64,000 nt of DNA, taken from contig MU058198.1 of assembly GCA_013265495.1 (NCBI GenBank), positions 5,347,779 through 5,411,778 on the forward strand, given 5' to 3'. This document shows, one piece after another, positions 46,904 through 59,130 of the stretch. How positions within the stretch are numbered: the first letter of the stretch is position 1; each line of letters starts with the position of its first letter. The stretch comes from Vicugna vicugna (Eukaryota). The notes beneath the pieces are model-generated. The model was not told where the DNA came from, made no database searches, and saw only the letters and a program-made list of their open reading frames with translations. Both the position numbers and the translations under genes were made by a program.

Positions 46904-47184
46904 ATTTTCTATCACTTACAACCAATAATCTCAATTATTACAGGAAATAAAATATTTCCAGTACCTACTTCATGGCAAGCATGGTGTTAAGTCCTTCATT
47001 TACTTTATCTCTTTCACTTCTCACCATAAACTCCTTTGCTGGTCACACAGAACGTCATGAAATGACTCAGTTTACCTCTCTGGCCCAATGTTTTATATGC
47101 CAGCCAACGCTGAATTCATTTTTGACCTCTTTGCCAAATAGGTGATTCCTTCTACCTGCACACTCCCATCTCTACCCCACATTG

Positions 47185-47212
47185 GTTTGTTTGTTTGTTT
47201 GTTTGTTTGTTT
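47185..47212. repeat. (GTTT)7 microsatellite
   Basis: Read directly. Confidence 0.9.
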
Positions 47213-49404
47213 TTTGATGCATTCCTAGTTCTTAAGACAATGCTCAAGAGCCACCTCCTCCTTGAAGCCCTCCTGGCTATGCTATTCCCTTAAGCAGATT
47301 CTGTCTTCCCTCTCAATTGAATCCCCTTGGCCATGCTTCAGCCAGAGAGCTTAGTGAATTGTAAAATAATTGCTAATGCTTAGAAAAGTGCCTGGCAGGT
47401 AGCAGCTACTTGGTGGTGCATTTGAGGCCAGGAGACAATCGGAAAGTAGGAAGTGGGGGAGGGAGGGAGGGAGAGATTGAAGTTACTGATAGGAGCCCAG
47501 AGTTAGTACTAAATCAAGGCGTAATTTGTGCAAGGAGGAAACAGAAACTTTCTTGTGGGGAGTGTAGCCATTTCTGCCACCTGAGTGCTAGTGCGACACT
47601 GAGAGGCTATTCCTCTCGACTCTGACCGGTTTAGCTGTTGAGACCATTTCCTCTCATGTGGACACACACAGCCTGGCCACCTGTGGGGCTTTGAGGCCCC
47701 CAAGATCACCCATCAGAGATCCCCAGCGACATGGGTCCCACCCTGCCCGTTAAGCCAGCCAGGAGAGGCGGCTGGACGAAAGCCCACCTCCCAAGGCCCC
47801 CCCTCCATCCATCAGCCTGGCCCCACGCAGAGGCCACCGCCTTGTCTTCACACCAAGCGCCACGCCACTGATTGACTGCAACACTCAATTTCAACCCAGC
47901 AGAGGACCTGGCAGGCCTTTGATCAATATTTTCCACCACAGACCACTTCCTTATGATAAATGCACTAGTTGAGAAGAGGAACAGATTAACCTTTCAGCAT
48001 GGGTGGCAGGCAGCAACTAGGAAAAAGATGGCTCAATTCTGTCGGGAAAAGAGGATGGGGCCTATTTCTCGAGCTCCCCACGACCATATTTCAGCCGCAT
48101 AGAACCATGAATGAGAAGGCTCATTCCGAAAGAGTCTCGGAGCTTTCCGCTGCCCACGCAAACCAGCCTGCACATCCTCCCCGCCACCCCTACCTGTGTT
48201 GGGCCCAAAAGAAGAAAAGGCAACAATCAGGGTAGCTGATGGATGGGGATTGGGCGGAGGAGGGATGTAGATCACGTGGGCAAAGGGAAGATGAAAGTCT
48301 CTGAGAAGAGTTCTATCCGCTGCATAAATCCCTCTCGCTGACAAACAGCGCGGGAACAAGGTAATTCAGCGCAGTGATGGAACCGATTGGATCAGAGATC
48401 TTACAGCCCCACAGACAGCGGGAGGGGCAGCTGGAGAACAACAGACAAGACGCTCAGTGATGAAGGGCTCATGCCAGGAGCCCAGGGAGACAGGAGGGCC
48501 CAGAGAGAGAGTGCCCCACACGCAAGCTGAGCGCTCCCCCATGAGACCCAGGTGTGGCACCCGGAAGTCCCAGCGGACGCATCCATCCATCCACTCATTC
48601 ATGCATTTTAAAATATTTCATTTGTTGATAAATATGTGCGAGGCAGTGTGGGTGGGGAGGAACACATAGCAAGATCTAGACTCTGTTTTCGGGTTGCTTA
48701 AATAATAATCTTTTTGCTGTGATGAGTGACAATGATGAAGCGTCTCCTCTTGGCTGTCTGACGCTGAGGCAAGGAGGCCTCCTCCCTTAGCTGGTGGACC
48801 AGGAAGGAACTGGTCACTAGTGAGTATATCTCTTAGGGTTAAGGTGGAATCTCAATGAAATTAAGATCGTATTGAGTCAGGTGCCTAGACATTGTCCCAA
48901 ACCACAAACCCCTCTCCCATGAGAACCCCAAGAGAGTTGTAAACTCAAAGGATAAAGAAAAATCGGAGGTCCAAGCACAACTTCCATATAAATTAGACAT
49001 GAACCCAAAATGCCAGAGTGGACCCTGCGGATAAACCAGCCTGTAGTTTAAGCTTGTCACCTTCCTCCACCCCTCAGCTTAAGCCCAGAGGATGCCACCA
49101 GCTGGCCATCCGTCTCAGACAATAGCCGTAGCGGGTGAGGGTGCACAGACGCAGGGAACAGAGAGCTGGGCAGACCTTCTCCCGTTAGGACTACATTTAC
49201 CCTTATGTTCTGTGAGAAGCAGAAAGAAGAAGCAAGCATTGGATATTTGCATTGATTATTTTTTCTCTCACCGTGGCCCACCCACCAAGAAAAGTGGTCC
49301 AGACACTGTCCTAGATTAGAAATTTCTCCTTCCAAGAAATGGGTGGGGCTGAAGAGTAAACTCAATTACAAAGATACACCGAGCACTGCGTAAAAGAGGC
49401 AGCC

Positions 49405-50350
49405 TGTGTGAGTCTTCTATTGCTGCAACAAATCATCAAAAATTGTAGTGCTTAAAAAAAACCCCACCAGTTGATAAATACCAGCTTTGAAAGTCAGAAG
49501 TCTGACACAGCCTGGCTGGGGTACAATCATGGTGTCAGCAGGGATGTGCTCCTTCTGGAGGTTCCAGGGGAGAACCTCTGTCCTGGCCTTTGCCAGCTTC
49601 CAGAGGCTGCCCGCATTCCTTGGCTTGCGGCCCCTTCCTCCGTCTTTAAAGTCAGCATCCTCAGGACCAGTCATTCTCATGCTGCCATCTCTCTGGTTCT
49701 GTTGGATGGCAGAGATAGTGAATAATGTCCTCCAAACTGAGGAGGGACTTCGAGACCAAAGAATGAAACAGGTAACTCCGTAAAGTGCAATTATGAAGTT
49801 CGTTGTGGGTAACTTACCTACAGGCTGGCTGGACCATGACCCAGAGGCCTTGGCAGCTGCACTCCGTACTGCTGAAAGGCGCACAGGGAAATTTAAAGGA
49901 GCCAAAACTAAAATCAGAGTCTGGCTACCAAGTGGGAACCATGGGTTTTTCCTCCCCTCCAGGAGTCTCATATCCAGCAACCATCTGCATCAGCAAGAGG
50001 CATCTTCCAGCTTTCATATCACATAAAGGCAAAGGTAGAAGCCGGCAGGGAACTCACATGGCTGGGGGCATTCCCTGTGAGCAGGCTAAAGCTGCAGACG
50101 TTGGGGTGAGGGGGGTGAGACTGTGGGCCTGAGACTGAGCTGACAAAACAGTGTCACTGTGGTTCAGACACTTAGAAGGAGCCTTGTAACTACATTGGAC
50201 CCACCTGGATAATCCAGAATAGTCAGCATCTCAAGGTAATCTTAACTCCATCCTCAGCTTGATCCCCCTTGGCCATGTAACCTAACATATTTATAGGCTG
50301 CAGGGGTTTGAGGTGGACACCTTTGAGACATTGTTATTCTGCTTAACATG
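49405..50350 (-). mobile_element. MLT1D-like MaLR LTR split by a second LTR
   Basis: GGTGTCAGCAGGG...CCTTCTGGAGG...CAGAGGCTGCCCGCATTCCTTGGCT on the left; TACATTGGACCCACCTGGATAATCCAG...GCCATGTAACCTAACATATT on the right. Confidence 0.85.
49700..50160 (-). mobile_element. ERV solo LTR, tentatively MER70/MER54-like (ERVL)
   Basis: Begins TG; CCTCCAAACTGAGGAGGGA...GAGACCAAAGAATGA; GGTTC repeated at 49695-49699 and 50161-50165. Confidence 0.55.
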
Positions 50351-51294
50351 TTGCCCAACCCACAGAATGGCCATTTTATCACTTCTGCCCCACCACCCTT
50401 CCCCGGGGCAGTGATGGGTAAAACAGAGGATCAGGGCAGATGTCCGAGTACCAAGGTGTATGACTTTGACATACGGAAATCCTCTGAACTGGTGCACGGG
50501 AGAGCAGTGACCCAAGAGCGAAACTCAAAGCAAACTTCTTAAAACCCCTAAGCTAATATTTATTTCCTCATCTACAAAGTGGGGACAGTAACCACCCCAC
50601 CGTAGGGTGCGAGTGAGATTTAAATGAGACAAAAATACATATGAATAAGTATGAATCCTACAGCAAGCTTTCCCTCTGGAGTTTTCTTTCCACCGTCTTG
50701 CCTGTTTTAAACTCTCTGCACCACATCACTACATTTTCCGGCCGTTGTTTCTCATAAGATGCTGGAAGCAAAATAATCACTTCTGTCTTTAGTTCCAGAA
50801 CATTCATTGCCTTGTGTACTCCATGCAGTTTTCCAAATCACAAGCTAATTAAAGACTCCAGCAAAGGGCTAAAAGTAGATTAAACATTGATGTGGGTATC
50901 TATCGATTGGCGCCTTTGCTTGACTCTCGGTGCCATGTATCAATAACATTAAATAATCTCTTAATAAAATTTCCTCTTCTTGATACCACTCTCCCTCCTT
51001 GCTCACTCTTTCCAAAAATGCGATTGCATGGGAGATAAACATTCCTTCTAAATGGTTATCAATAAATGCCAAATACGACGAGAAGGACAGAGAAAAGAGA
51101 GACCTCTGCAACACGCTGTATGGTGGCTGTTTGATTGTATTACCATCAAAAGACGTTCAGACAAACTCACCTAGACAGCGCTAATTCAGGGTGCGTGGAT
51201 GCTCTGGGTTATATTTTGTTGTTGTTGTTTTATCTTGAACAGGACCTGCCTGTTCGGTTCAGCAGGAATTCAAAAACATTTACTCAATGCCTAA

Positions 51295-51560
51295 TTGCAC
51301 CAGCTAACATTTATTGAAGCGGTGACACCACGTCAGGCACTTTGCTAAGCCAGGTTGGCACTCACTGTCTCGTACGCTTCCTCCAACAGTCCTGGGAAAC
51401 AGGCCCAAGCATTATGCTACATTTTAATGAAGATACTGAGGCATGGAGTAATGAAGAAAGATGCTCATGGTGACAAAGACAGTCACTGGTAGCAAGAGGA
51501 CTTTAATCCAGGTCTGATTCTGGAGCTGCATTTCTAACGCCCTGGCCACGCTGCTTGCCT
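51295..51560 (-). mobile_element. MIR SINE
   Basis: AGCTAACATTTATTGA...CAGGCACTTTGCTAAGC...ACTGAGGCA...CCAGGTCTGATTC. Confidence 0.75.
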
Positions 51561-52009
51561 CCTTCCAGACTGTGGGCTGAGAGTCTATGATGTAATGGTA
51601 GCAGGCCTTTGCCCCAGAAAAAGCTGACATTGATATCAGCACTTCAAAATATGTATTTTTTAAATGAGTTACAAAGTCCTGAGTTTTAAAAATACAAACG
51701 GAGATACAGCCAAGAGTAAGATTCCCTTTCGATCTTGTTTCAGGGTTCCTAGTTGTTTATCTTCCCATTAAATGGTAATTAACCATTCAACTACTCTTTG
51801 TCCTTCCTAAAACAATAAATGCTTTCAAAGCATGTGGAACATGTTAAGAAGATTGAAAGGGAATGTATAATGTTCATCTTTATCATACTCTATCCATGCT
51901 GAGCTGCAAGCGAAGAAAGGACAAGTTGAAAGCCAGCAGCTGAACGACTTGTTCAGGCCAAAGGAACACAGGGAAAGCATCAGATCCAAGCCAAAAGGAA
52001 TAGAAGATG

Positions 52010-52420
52010 ATCTGTTGGTCAGAGTGGACTAACCGCTGTAACAAGCAACCCCGAAAATCTTAGCAGCTAAACACAGTAAGTTTCTTTTCCAAATAATACA
52101 TACATAGGCAGAGAAGTCTGCTCCACATAGTCATTCAGGGACCCAGGCCTCTTCCAATTTGTAGATCTTTCTTTCTTGACACCCCCAGAATCCTCCTACT
52201 TCTGCAGCAGGTGGTTTCCCCAGAGAGTGCGGGTGATGGCATGGAAGGATTTAGTGGGCTGGTCAGAGCAGGGAAGGCATCACTTCTGCCCACCTTTTCT
52301 GAAACACATTTCCGTCTCATGGCCCTAACTCACTGTAAAAAAGTCTAGAGAGTGGAGTCTAACTATGTGCCCAGGAGGAAAAAGAAATAGGGTGAACATA
52401 GAACTATCTCTGCTACTTCA
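52010..52420 (-). mobile_element. MaLR LTR, MLT1L-like
   Basis: GCTGTAACAA...CTGCTCCACATAGTCATTCAGGGACCCAGGC...CATCACTTCTGCCCAC...TGTGCCCAGGAGGAA. Confidence 0.75.
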
Positions 52421-53019
52421 CGGATCCTGCTTGGGGCCAAATCCTGTGAGTCCAAATAGGAGATGAGAAGTCTGAATCGGGTCAGTCATGGAGCAATCCA
52501 AGCCCCCCAGTGAAATGGAGTCAAGAGCTAGACCCTGTGCCGGAAATGAGTCTGAGACAAGAACAGCCTGAGGACCCGCCTTCCCCCCAGGATAACTCTT
52601 ATGTCCCTGCTGCTTCTTTGAGCCCAGAATGCCACAATGATGGGCCTTTCTTAGGTGGACAAAACCCCCCCAGTGCCAGGATTAGGGGCACACAAGAAAT
52701 CAAACTGTTCATAAAAATTAGGGAAGTTTTTGTGTACTTGAAATAAGGCAATGCCAGAGACTAGATTGAAAATGATAATGATGTAAATTGATATAAATTA
52801 TATATATATATACATCATATATAATATATCCTGATTGAATTATTAAAACATCCAGAAAGTCTAAGGGGATAATATCGCACAGTGCACATGACTTGGACTC
52901 TGAAGGCAAACAGGGATGGGTTTCCCTCTTGGTTTTTCTGCTTACCAGCTATGCTACCCTGGGTAAGTTTCTTGACCTCTCTGTGTGCTAATCACCTGTA
53001 GAACAGCTTAATAGCCTCA

Positions 53020-54370
53020 TATGAGCCAATTCTATTGGTGGCTCCCTATGTCCATTTTGGGCCCTGTACAGTCTACTTTTCACACAGTAACTGCAGGGAT
53101 ATTTTTAAATGTGAATCGAATCATGTTTATCTTCCAAATTATCACCTTGCTCGATACTTTCATGTATATACATTGCTGGTACAAGCACTTTGGAGAACAG
53201 CTTGGCAATCTCTTATAAATTAAAGCGACACGTGCCATATGGCCCAGCAATTCCACTCCTGAGTGCTTACCCCAAATAAATGAAAACACATGGCCATCAA
53301 AAGACCTATCCATGAATGTTCATAGCAGAATTATTCATAATAGCCCAAAGCTAGAAACAGCCAAAATATCTACCAACAGATGAATAGAAAAACAAAGTAT
53401 GGTACCTCCATATAATGAAATACTCCTTAGCAATAAAACAGAACAAAGCACTGATACACGCAACAGAGATGAATCTTAAAAACATGATGCTGAGTGGAAG
53501 AAGTCAGATCCGAAAGACCCCGTACTCTATGATTCCATTTATCTGAAGGTCTACAACATGCAAATGGATCTAGGGTGTTTCAGCTACACTGGCCGCACCG
53601 TTGTTACCGAATACCTCAAGCAAGTGCCGACCTCAGGGCCTTTGCACTTGCTGTTCCTTCCGCCTGGAATCCTAGAAAGCAAATCAGTGGTTGCCTGGCG
53701 TGTAACATGGGATGAGTGAAGTTTCTGGGGTGATGAAAATATTCTTGACCTGAGAGGGTGTCACACAAGTGTACATATTTGTGAAGACTCACTGGATGGT
53801 ATAATTAAAATGGGAGCTTTTGACTGTATGCAAATCATACCTCAAAGAAGTTGACAAAATATTTTTTAAAACCCCTCATATGTTTTTCTCTCTCATTCAG
53901 AATAAGTTTCCAAAGCTGTTCCTCCAGCTCCAAGGCTCAGAACCCCATTCCTTTCATGCCTTCTGGACCTTGTCCCCTGTGCCTGGTCAGACTGGCCTCC
54001 CGGCCAGCCCCCTCTCTCCCACCTCAGCGCTGTTGCTTCTCCAATTCTCTCCACTCAGACAGCTCCTTCATGCGATGTCTTCCTGTCTCCTGTCCTGCTT
54101 CATCCAGGCCTCTCCTGAGATGTCACGTCCCCAGAGAGTCCTTCCTGCTCCTCCCTTCCCATTACTCACAATACCTTTACTCTATTTTAATCTTCCTTCA
54201 GGAAGCTTATCACCACCTGAACTGATTTATTAATTTAATTAATTTGGTGCTTGTTTTCTGGAACTTGAATGGAAGGTGTGTGGGGGCAGGAACTTTCCTT
54301 ATTCAGCTGTAACCTCAACACGTATTATAGTGGCCGGTATGTAATAGATTCTAAACAGACATGTGGTTAG
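53020..54370 (+). mobile_element. L2 LINE remnant hosting an L1
   Basis: CACACAGTAACTGCAGGGATATTTTTAAATGTGAATCGAATCATG on the left resumes as AAAACCCCTCA...CAGAATAA...ATGTCAC...CAGAGAGTCCTTCC on the right. Confidence 0.65.
53155..53870 (+). mobile_element. Old L1M (L1MC/ME-like) 3' end
   Basis: CCCAGCAATTCCACTCCT...GAATGTTCATAGCAG...TATGATTCCATTTAT...TGTATGCAAATCATACCTCAA. Confidence 0.88.
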
Positions 54371-55009
54371 TTTATAAGAATATATCACATCACTGCAAGG
54401 GTCTCTCTGTGCCTATCTTTTCCTCATTGTCTGGGAATTTCTCAGCTGAGAGGTTCTGAGAGGTTTTCTGGGCGTTGGGGAGGGAGCACTCATGTTTCAG
54501 ATGTGATGAATATGGCCCGGTTCTTCCCCAGGAACGCTGGATTCCCCCTCCACCAAGAGGACACACTTTTCTCTTTTCCCCAAATGTGTTAACCCTTTTA
54601 TTCTTTAATTACTTATACCAGAAGCAGTCATTAAATAGTTTCTTCCTTTGCTTGCTAACCAGCCATTGTAGTTTTTAATCAGCACGATACATGAACAAGA
54701 AAACAGATCAGAAGAATTAAGGACAAAATAGCAAACAGCTTGTACCCCACTCCTCTGTATTCTAAGTTCCATCACCCACGGACAGCCTCTTAAATTGTCT
54801 AGGTTTTCATTTTCTTCTGATGATTACCTTCCTAACATGGTATGATGCAGACACGTACATTTATTAATATTATTTAGAAAATATTTATTGACAGTCTTCT
54901 TGATAGTTACAAGTTAGCTCGCTTACACTACACCCTTCACTTCTTCACCCCTGCTCCCTGTGTTTCATTGTTGTATTATTCCTGCTGTTCCTCGACTGGC
55001 TACTTTTTC

Positions 55010-55740
55010 TGAGCTATTTGCTGTGAAACCATCCCAAGTGACAGAAAAGGTATAAAAATTTAAAAAAGAATCTCTGTATAGCCTTCACCCAGATGTCACA
55101 TGAAACATTCTCACTGTCTCTCAAGGGGTAGATGTAACACATCTGGATAAGGATTTATATTACCATTATTTGGTATTAGTTTCTGAACTGTTTGAAAGTT
55201 ACAAAAATGACACCCATTCCTTCTGCTTTAGACTGAATGTTTGTGTCCCACGCACCTCTCCTCCCTGCAAATTCACATGTTGAAATCCTAACCTCCAAAG
55301 TGATGGTATTAGGAGGCGGGGCCATGGGGGTGATTAGGTCATGAGGGTGGAGTCTGCGTGAATGGGGTGAGTGCCCTAGAAAAGAGGCCTGGGAGAGCTC
55401 CCCTGCCCCTCCTGGCATGTGAGAATCGAGTCTGCAGTGCAGCAGAGGCCCCGCATGGGAACACCACCTCGCTGGCCTGCTGACCTTGGACTCTAGCCTC
55501 AGGAAGGGTGAGCAATACGTTTCTACTGTTTGTAAGTCACCCTGTCTCTGGCATCTTGTCATAGCAGCCTGAACAGACTAAGACATTTTAAAAATACTTC
55601 ACTGGGTATTTCTTGAAAATCAGGACATTTTCTTACATAACCTCAATACAGTTATCAAAATCAAGAAATTACACTGATAGAATATTATTATCTAATCTAC
55701 AGATCGTATTCCAGTTTCACCCATTGCCCCACTGCCTTCA
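55010..55740 (-). mobile_element. L1MC4-like 3' fragment split by MLT1A
   Basis: CCTTCACCCAGAT on the left; AAATACTTCA...GGACATTTTCTTACATAACC...ATCAAAATCAAGAAATT on the right. Confidence 0.65.
55224..55585 (+). mobile_element. MaLR solo LTR, MLT1A-like, complete
   Basis: TGCTTTAGACTGAATGTTTGTGTCCC...TGTTGAAATCCTAACC...GTCATGAGGGTGGAG...ATAGCAGCCTGAACAGACTAAGACA. Confidence 0.9.
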
Positions 55741-55789
55741 CAACCAAGGATAATGAGCTGCCTTTTAAACTTCAAATAATAAATATAGA

Positions 55790-56115
55790 TAGCCATCTCT
55801 CGTTTCAGTTTTATCTTTTACATCCTTTAGTAAATGCAGTGGTTTTCTTCCTGTAGGATCTGTGCAATGCTGGTAAATTCTCTTCCTAGAGATTTTAATT
55901 CGTTTTTGCTGCTGTTATGGTGAGTAGCACCTATTAATCTTTTATATTGTACCTTATTGAACTCAGAATAGTTCAAAACATGTTTCACCCAATTTTCTAA
56001 GTAGACAGCCATATTACCTGCAAGTAACAATAATTGCTTCTCTTCCCGTTTGAAATTTCAGCTCATTTCTTTATCTTGTCCTTCTGCACCGGCCACAAAA
56101 TTCAGCACATGAATT
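55790..56115 (-). mobile_element. Degraded L1 ORF2 reverse-transcriptase fragment
   Basis: ORF 55827..56030 reads LLAGNMAVYLEN...SEFNKV, matching L1 RT LFADDMIVYLENP...EFSKV with the catalytic DD lost. Confidence 0.7.
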
Positions 56116-56124
56116 ATTCCCATG

Positions 56125-56390
56125 AAACTTTTTAAACTTTTTATTTGGAATAATCATAAATTCACAGGAAGTTGAAAAGAAATGTGCTGGGAAGCGCCAC
56201 GCACCCTTCAATCTGTCCCCTCAGGTTGCCATCTTTCCTAATTGTAGGATAATAACGAAGTGAGGAAACTGGCACTTGTACAACCCACAGAGTTATTCAG
56301 ATTTCAGCATTTATACATCCACTTCTGTGTGTGTCGTTCTATGCAATTCCATCATACGTATAGTTTCCAACAACTAACACTCTAATCCAC
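56125..56390 (-). mobile_element. L1MD-like 3' end
   Basis: AACTTTTTATTTGGAATAAT...TTCACAGGAAGTTG...ACCCTTCA...TTATTCAGATTTCA. Confidence 0.7.
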
Positions 56391-56829
56391 TGGCTTTTTT
56401 AAATGAGTAAAATGAAACATGAATGAAGCCTGAAATTCTTCCAAAGATATATCAAAACATTTTATGGAGGTGTCGAACCTGCCCCAGAAACATACAAAGT
56501 TTTGCGTCAAATACATGCAGCTTCTTTGATAGGTGAATTCTGCCCAAATAAATGATCTGTAAACTCATCCAGCTACATTCCAAGACAAGGGGAAAAAGTT
56601 AACAATCTTCCCAATCATACTAGTTAACATTTAGAGTCGGGTCGAATTTATTGAGTAAGGTTTAAGGGAAGAAAAACAGGATGGAAGGGGTACTTGGTTC
56701 AGCCTCTCCTGAATGATAGGAGGTGAGTCTTACTTCCACTTTGGGCTTCTCCTTCCTGCGTAGCAGTCTGGTCTTTCTCCTTTTTATTTTTCCATCTTAA
56801 TCCTGCACTGCTGTGAGAGAACATGTAAA

Positions 56830-58790
56830 GGAGACAGCTTCACTCATGAAATATTCTAGACAAAAATGTTTAACCGGAATCGAATTGAGCCTTTCACTCT
56901 GACTTCCAGTTTCTAGGAAATACAAGGCATACAAGGACAAGTTAAAGGAAATACACAGACAACGCCAAAATTCAGAGCATTCTACAAGATAACAGAGGAG
57001 ATACTATTCCAGATTAAAAGGAAACTTTTTTAAAAATGAGACCTGTCACAGCTAAGAGGAGCCTAAAGAGATATAATGACTAAATGTAATGTGGTGTCCT
57101 GGATAAGACTGCAGGACAGAGAAAAGACATTAGGTAAGAACTAAGAAAATCTGAATAAACTATAGACTTTAGTTAGTAATAAACGTGTCAGCATTGGTTC
57201 ATTAATTGTGACAAAAATACCGCACTAATGCAAGATGTTAATGAGAGGGTGAAACTAGACGTGAGGTGTACGCGAGCTCTCTGTGTCATCTTCCCAATTT
57301 CTCTGTACATCTAAAACTATCCTAAAATTCAAAACAGTATTTAAGAAAACAAATGAGGATGACTGGGGAATTTTTACTAGAAACTGGATATTGAATGATA
57401 CTGGAGAATAATTAGTAACTTTATTAGGTAGGGTAATTGTGTTGAGTTATGAAGATAATGTCCTTACTTTTTGGCAGTGCAGGCTGCAAGTACTTAAAGG
57501 TAAAGTGGGCTGGTGTCAGAACTTCCTTTAAACTGATTCAGTGTAAGCTTTACGGAATGATGGTCAATGGCTGTGAAATTTTTTAGGTAAAACCTGCTGG
57601 GGACTTTACAATAGGTCGATTACATAACTTAACACCAGAACCTACTTCACATCATGCAAAGAGACAACCAGACATTATGTCCTTCCATGATGGAACTAGC
57701 CCGGTGCTACTTAGGAAATGCTCTTGCCAGAATCAAACTTGATTCTTACCAAGCCTCTGTAGCAAACGCTCAGTTTACAGGAGACGAAAGGGAAGGACCA
57801 GCACGCTAAATGGCACCACAGAGCTACCCTAGCAAAATCCAGCCTGTGGGAAATCGTGTAAGATGAATGGCCCAGATTTTTTCAACAACCGGGGAAAACA
57901 AAAAGTCCAACCTGAAAAACAGAAGAGAGGAAACCCAGTGGCAAACAGTTATCAGCCAAGTACGCTGTGGGGAGCTTGTCTGAACCCCAGTTCAAAGACA
58001 GCAGCTGTAAAAAGAGAGAAGGTGGCAGGGAAGGCAGGAATGAAGGGAATCAAGTAATTCGAACATTAGGTATCTGTAATATTCAGAAAGTGCTATTATT
58101 TTAGTTGTGATCGTGACATTGTGATTATATTTTTAAAAAGAGCCTTGATCTTTCAGAGATACGGACTGAACTATTTACAGATGAAATTACATCATGTCTG
58201 GGATTTGCTTCAAAACAATCCAGAACTGGGGTGGAAGAGGCACGGAGCGATGAAGGAAATGGGTGAAATGAGACCGTCCACGAACTGAGCAAGCTGAGGC
58301 TGGTGGGATCCAGTCCTGCTGCTTCTATATGGAGTCAATAGTTTACAGAATAAAACCCTTAAATAATGGCTTCACACATAGAAAGACTGAGGTGTGAAAA
58401 AAATAGGGCCAAATGTTAAAACAGCTGCTGAATCCAGTGGTAGGTATACAGTAATATTTTACTATAGAAATATGTTACCGTATTCCTACCACTTCAGTGA
58501 AATTCAATTGTACCATCACTTTCAATTCTCTGCATATGTGATCATTTTTATAATAAAAGATTAAAAACAAAAGACTGAATAAGTGAATAAATAGAATAAT
58601 AACACAAAGTTCGGAAAGGCAGCAATTCTGCAGGGAGGAGGAAGAAATGAGCACACAGAGCTACTGAGGGGTGGAAATTTTCTGTTTCTTAAGAAGGGGA
58701 GGCACTCACAGTTGTTCATTTTATTAATGTCCCATAAATTATACATACATGCTCTATTCACTATACACTCTTGTGTATGACACCAATTAA
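56830..58790 (+). mobile_element. Stacked old L1MC/ME 3' fragments
   Basis: TCCAGATTAAAAG, CTGGATATT, TATTTACAGATGAAAT...ATGTCTGGGATTTGCTTCAAAA and several decayed poly(A) ends. Confidence 0.65.
57041..57350 (+). mobile_element. L1MC1/2-like 3' end nested in an older L1
   Basis: CTGTCACAGCTAAGAGGAGCCTAA...ACTAAATGTAATGTGGTGTCCTGGAT...ATCTAAAACTAT; flanked by AAATGAG (57034-57040 / 57351-57357). Confidence 0.8.
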
Positions 58791-59130
58791 AAGGGCAAAA
58801 CTTCCTTTTGTGAAATTCCTTTTTTCTTTCTCTGATGATTAGACAGTGTTAGAGGGTTTGGAAGTGCCCCTGCAAGTCTTTGCCTGGCACTAGGCTCTCG
58901 GGGTCTCCAGGTACGTGTCCCACCTGAAATTAGGGCTGGATTAGGGACTGGGTGTGGGAATCCCTAACTTCCCTGTGAAGTCAGACTTCACACCTTTACT
59001 TCCTTCCAGGAAGAAGTGAGAGAGAGTTATTGGTGGCAGTTACACGGAACTAACCAAGGAAAGGAATAAACATCGCAGACCTCCCACACTCAGATTTGTG
59101 ACCCATCCTCCCTTCCCCCCTCCCCTGCTT

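Noticed and set aside
48402..48422. REST/RE1-like TACAGCCCCACAGACAGCGGG
   Set aside because: 16/21 match, with mismatches in both core half-sites
49417..49980. 187-aa ORF
   Set aside because: Crosses the junction of two nested LTRs
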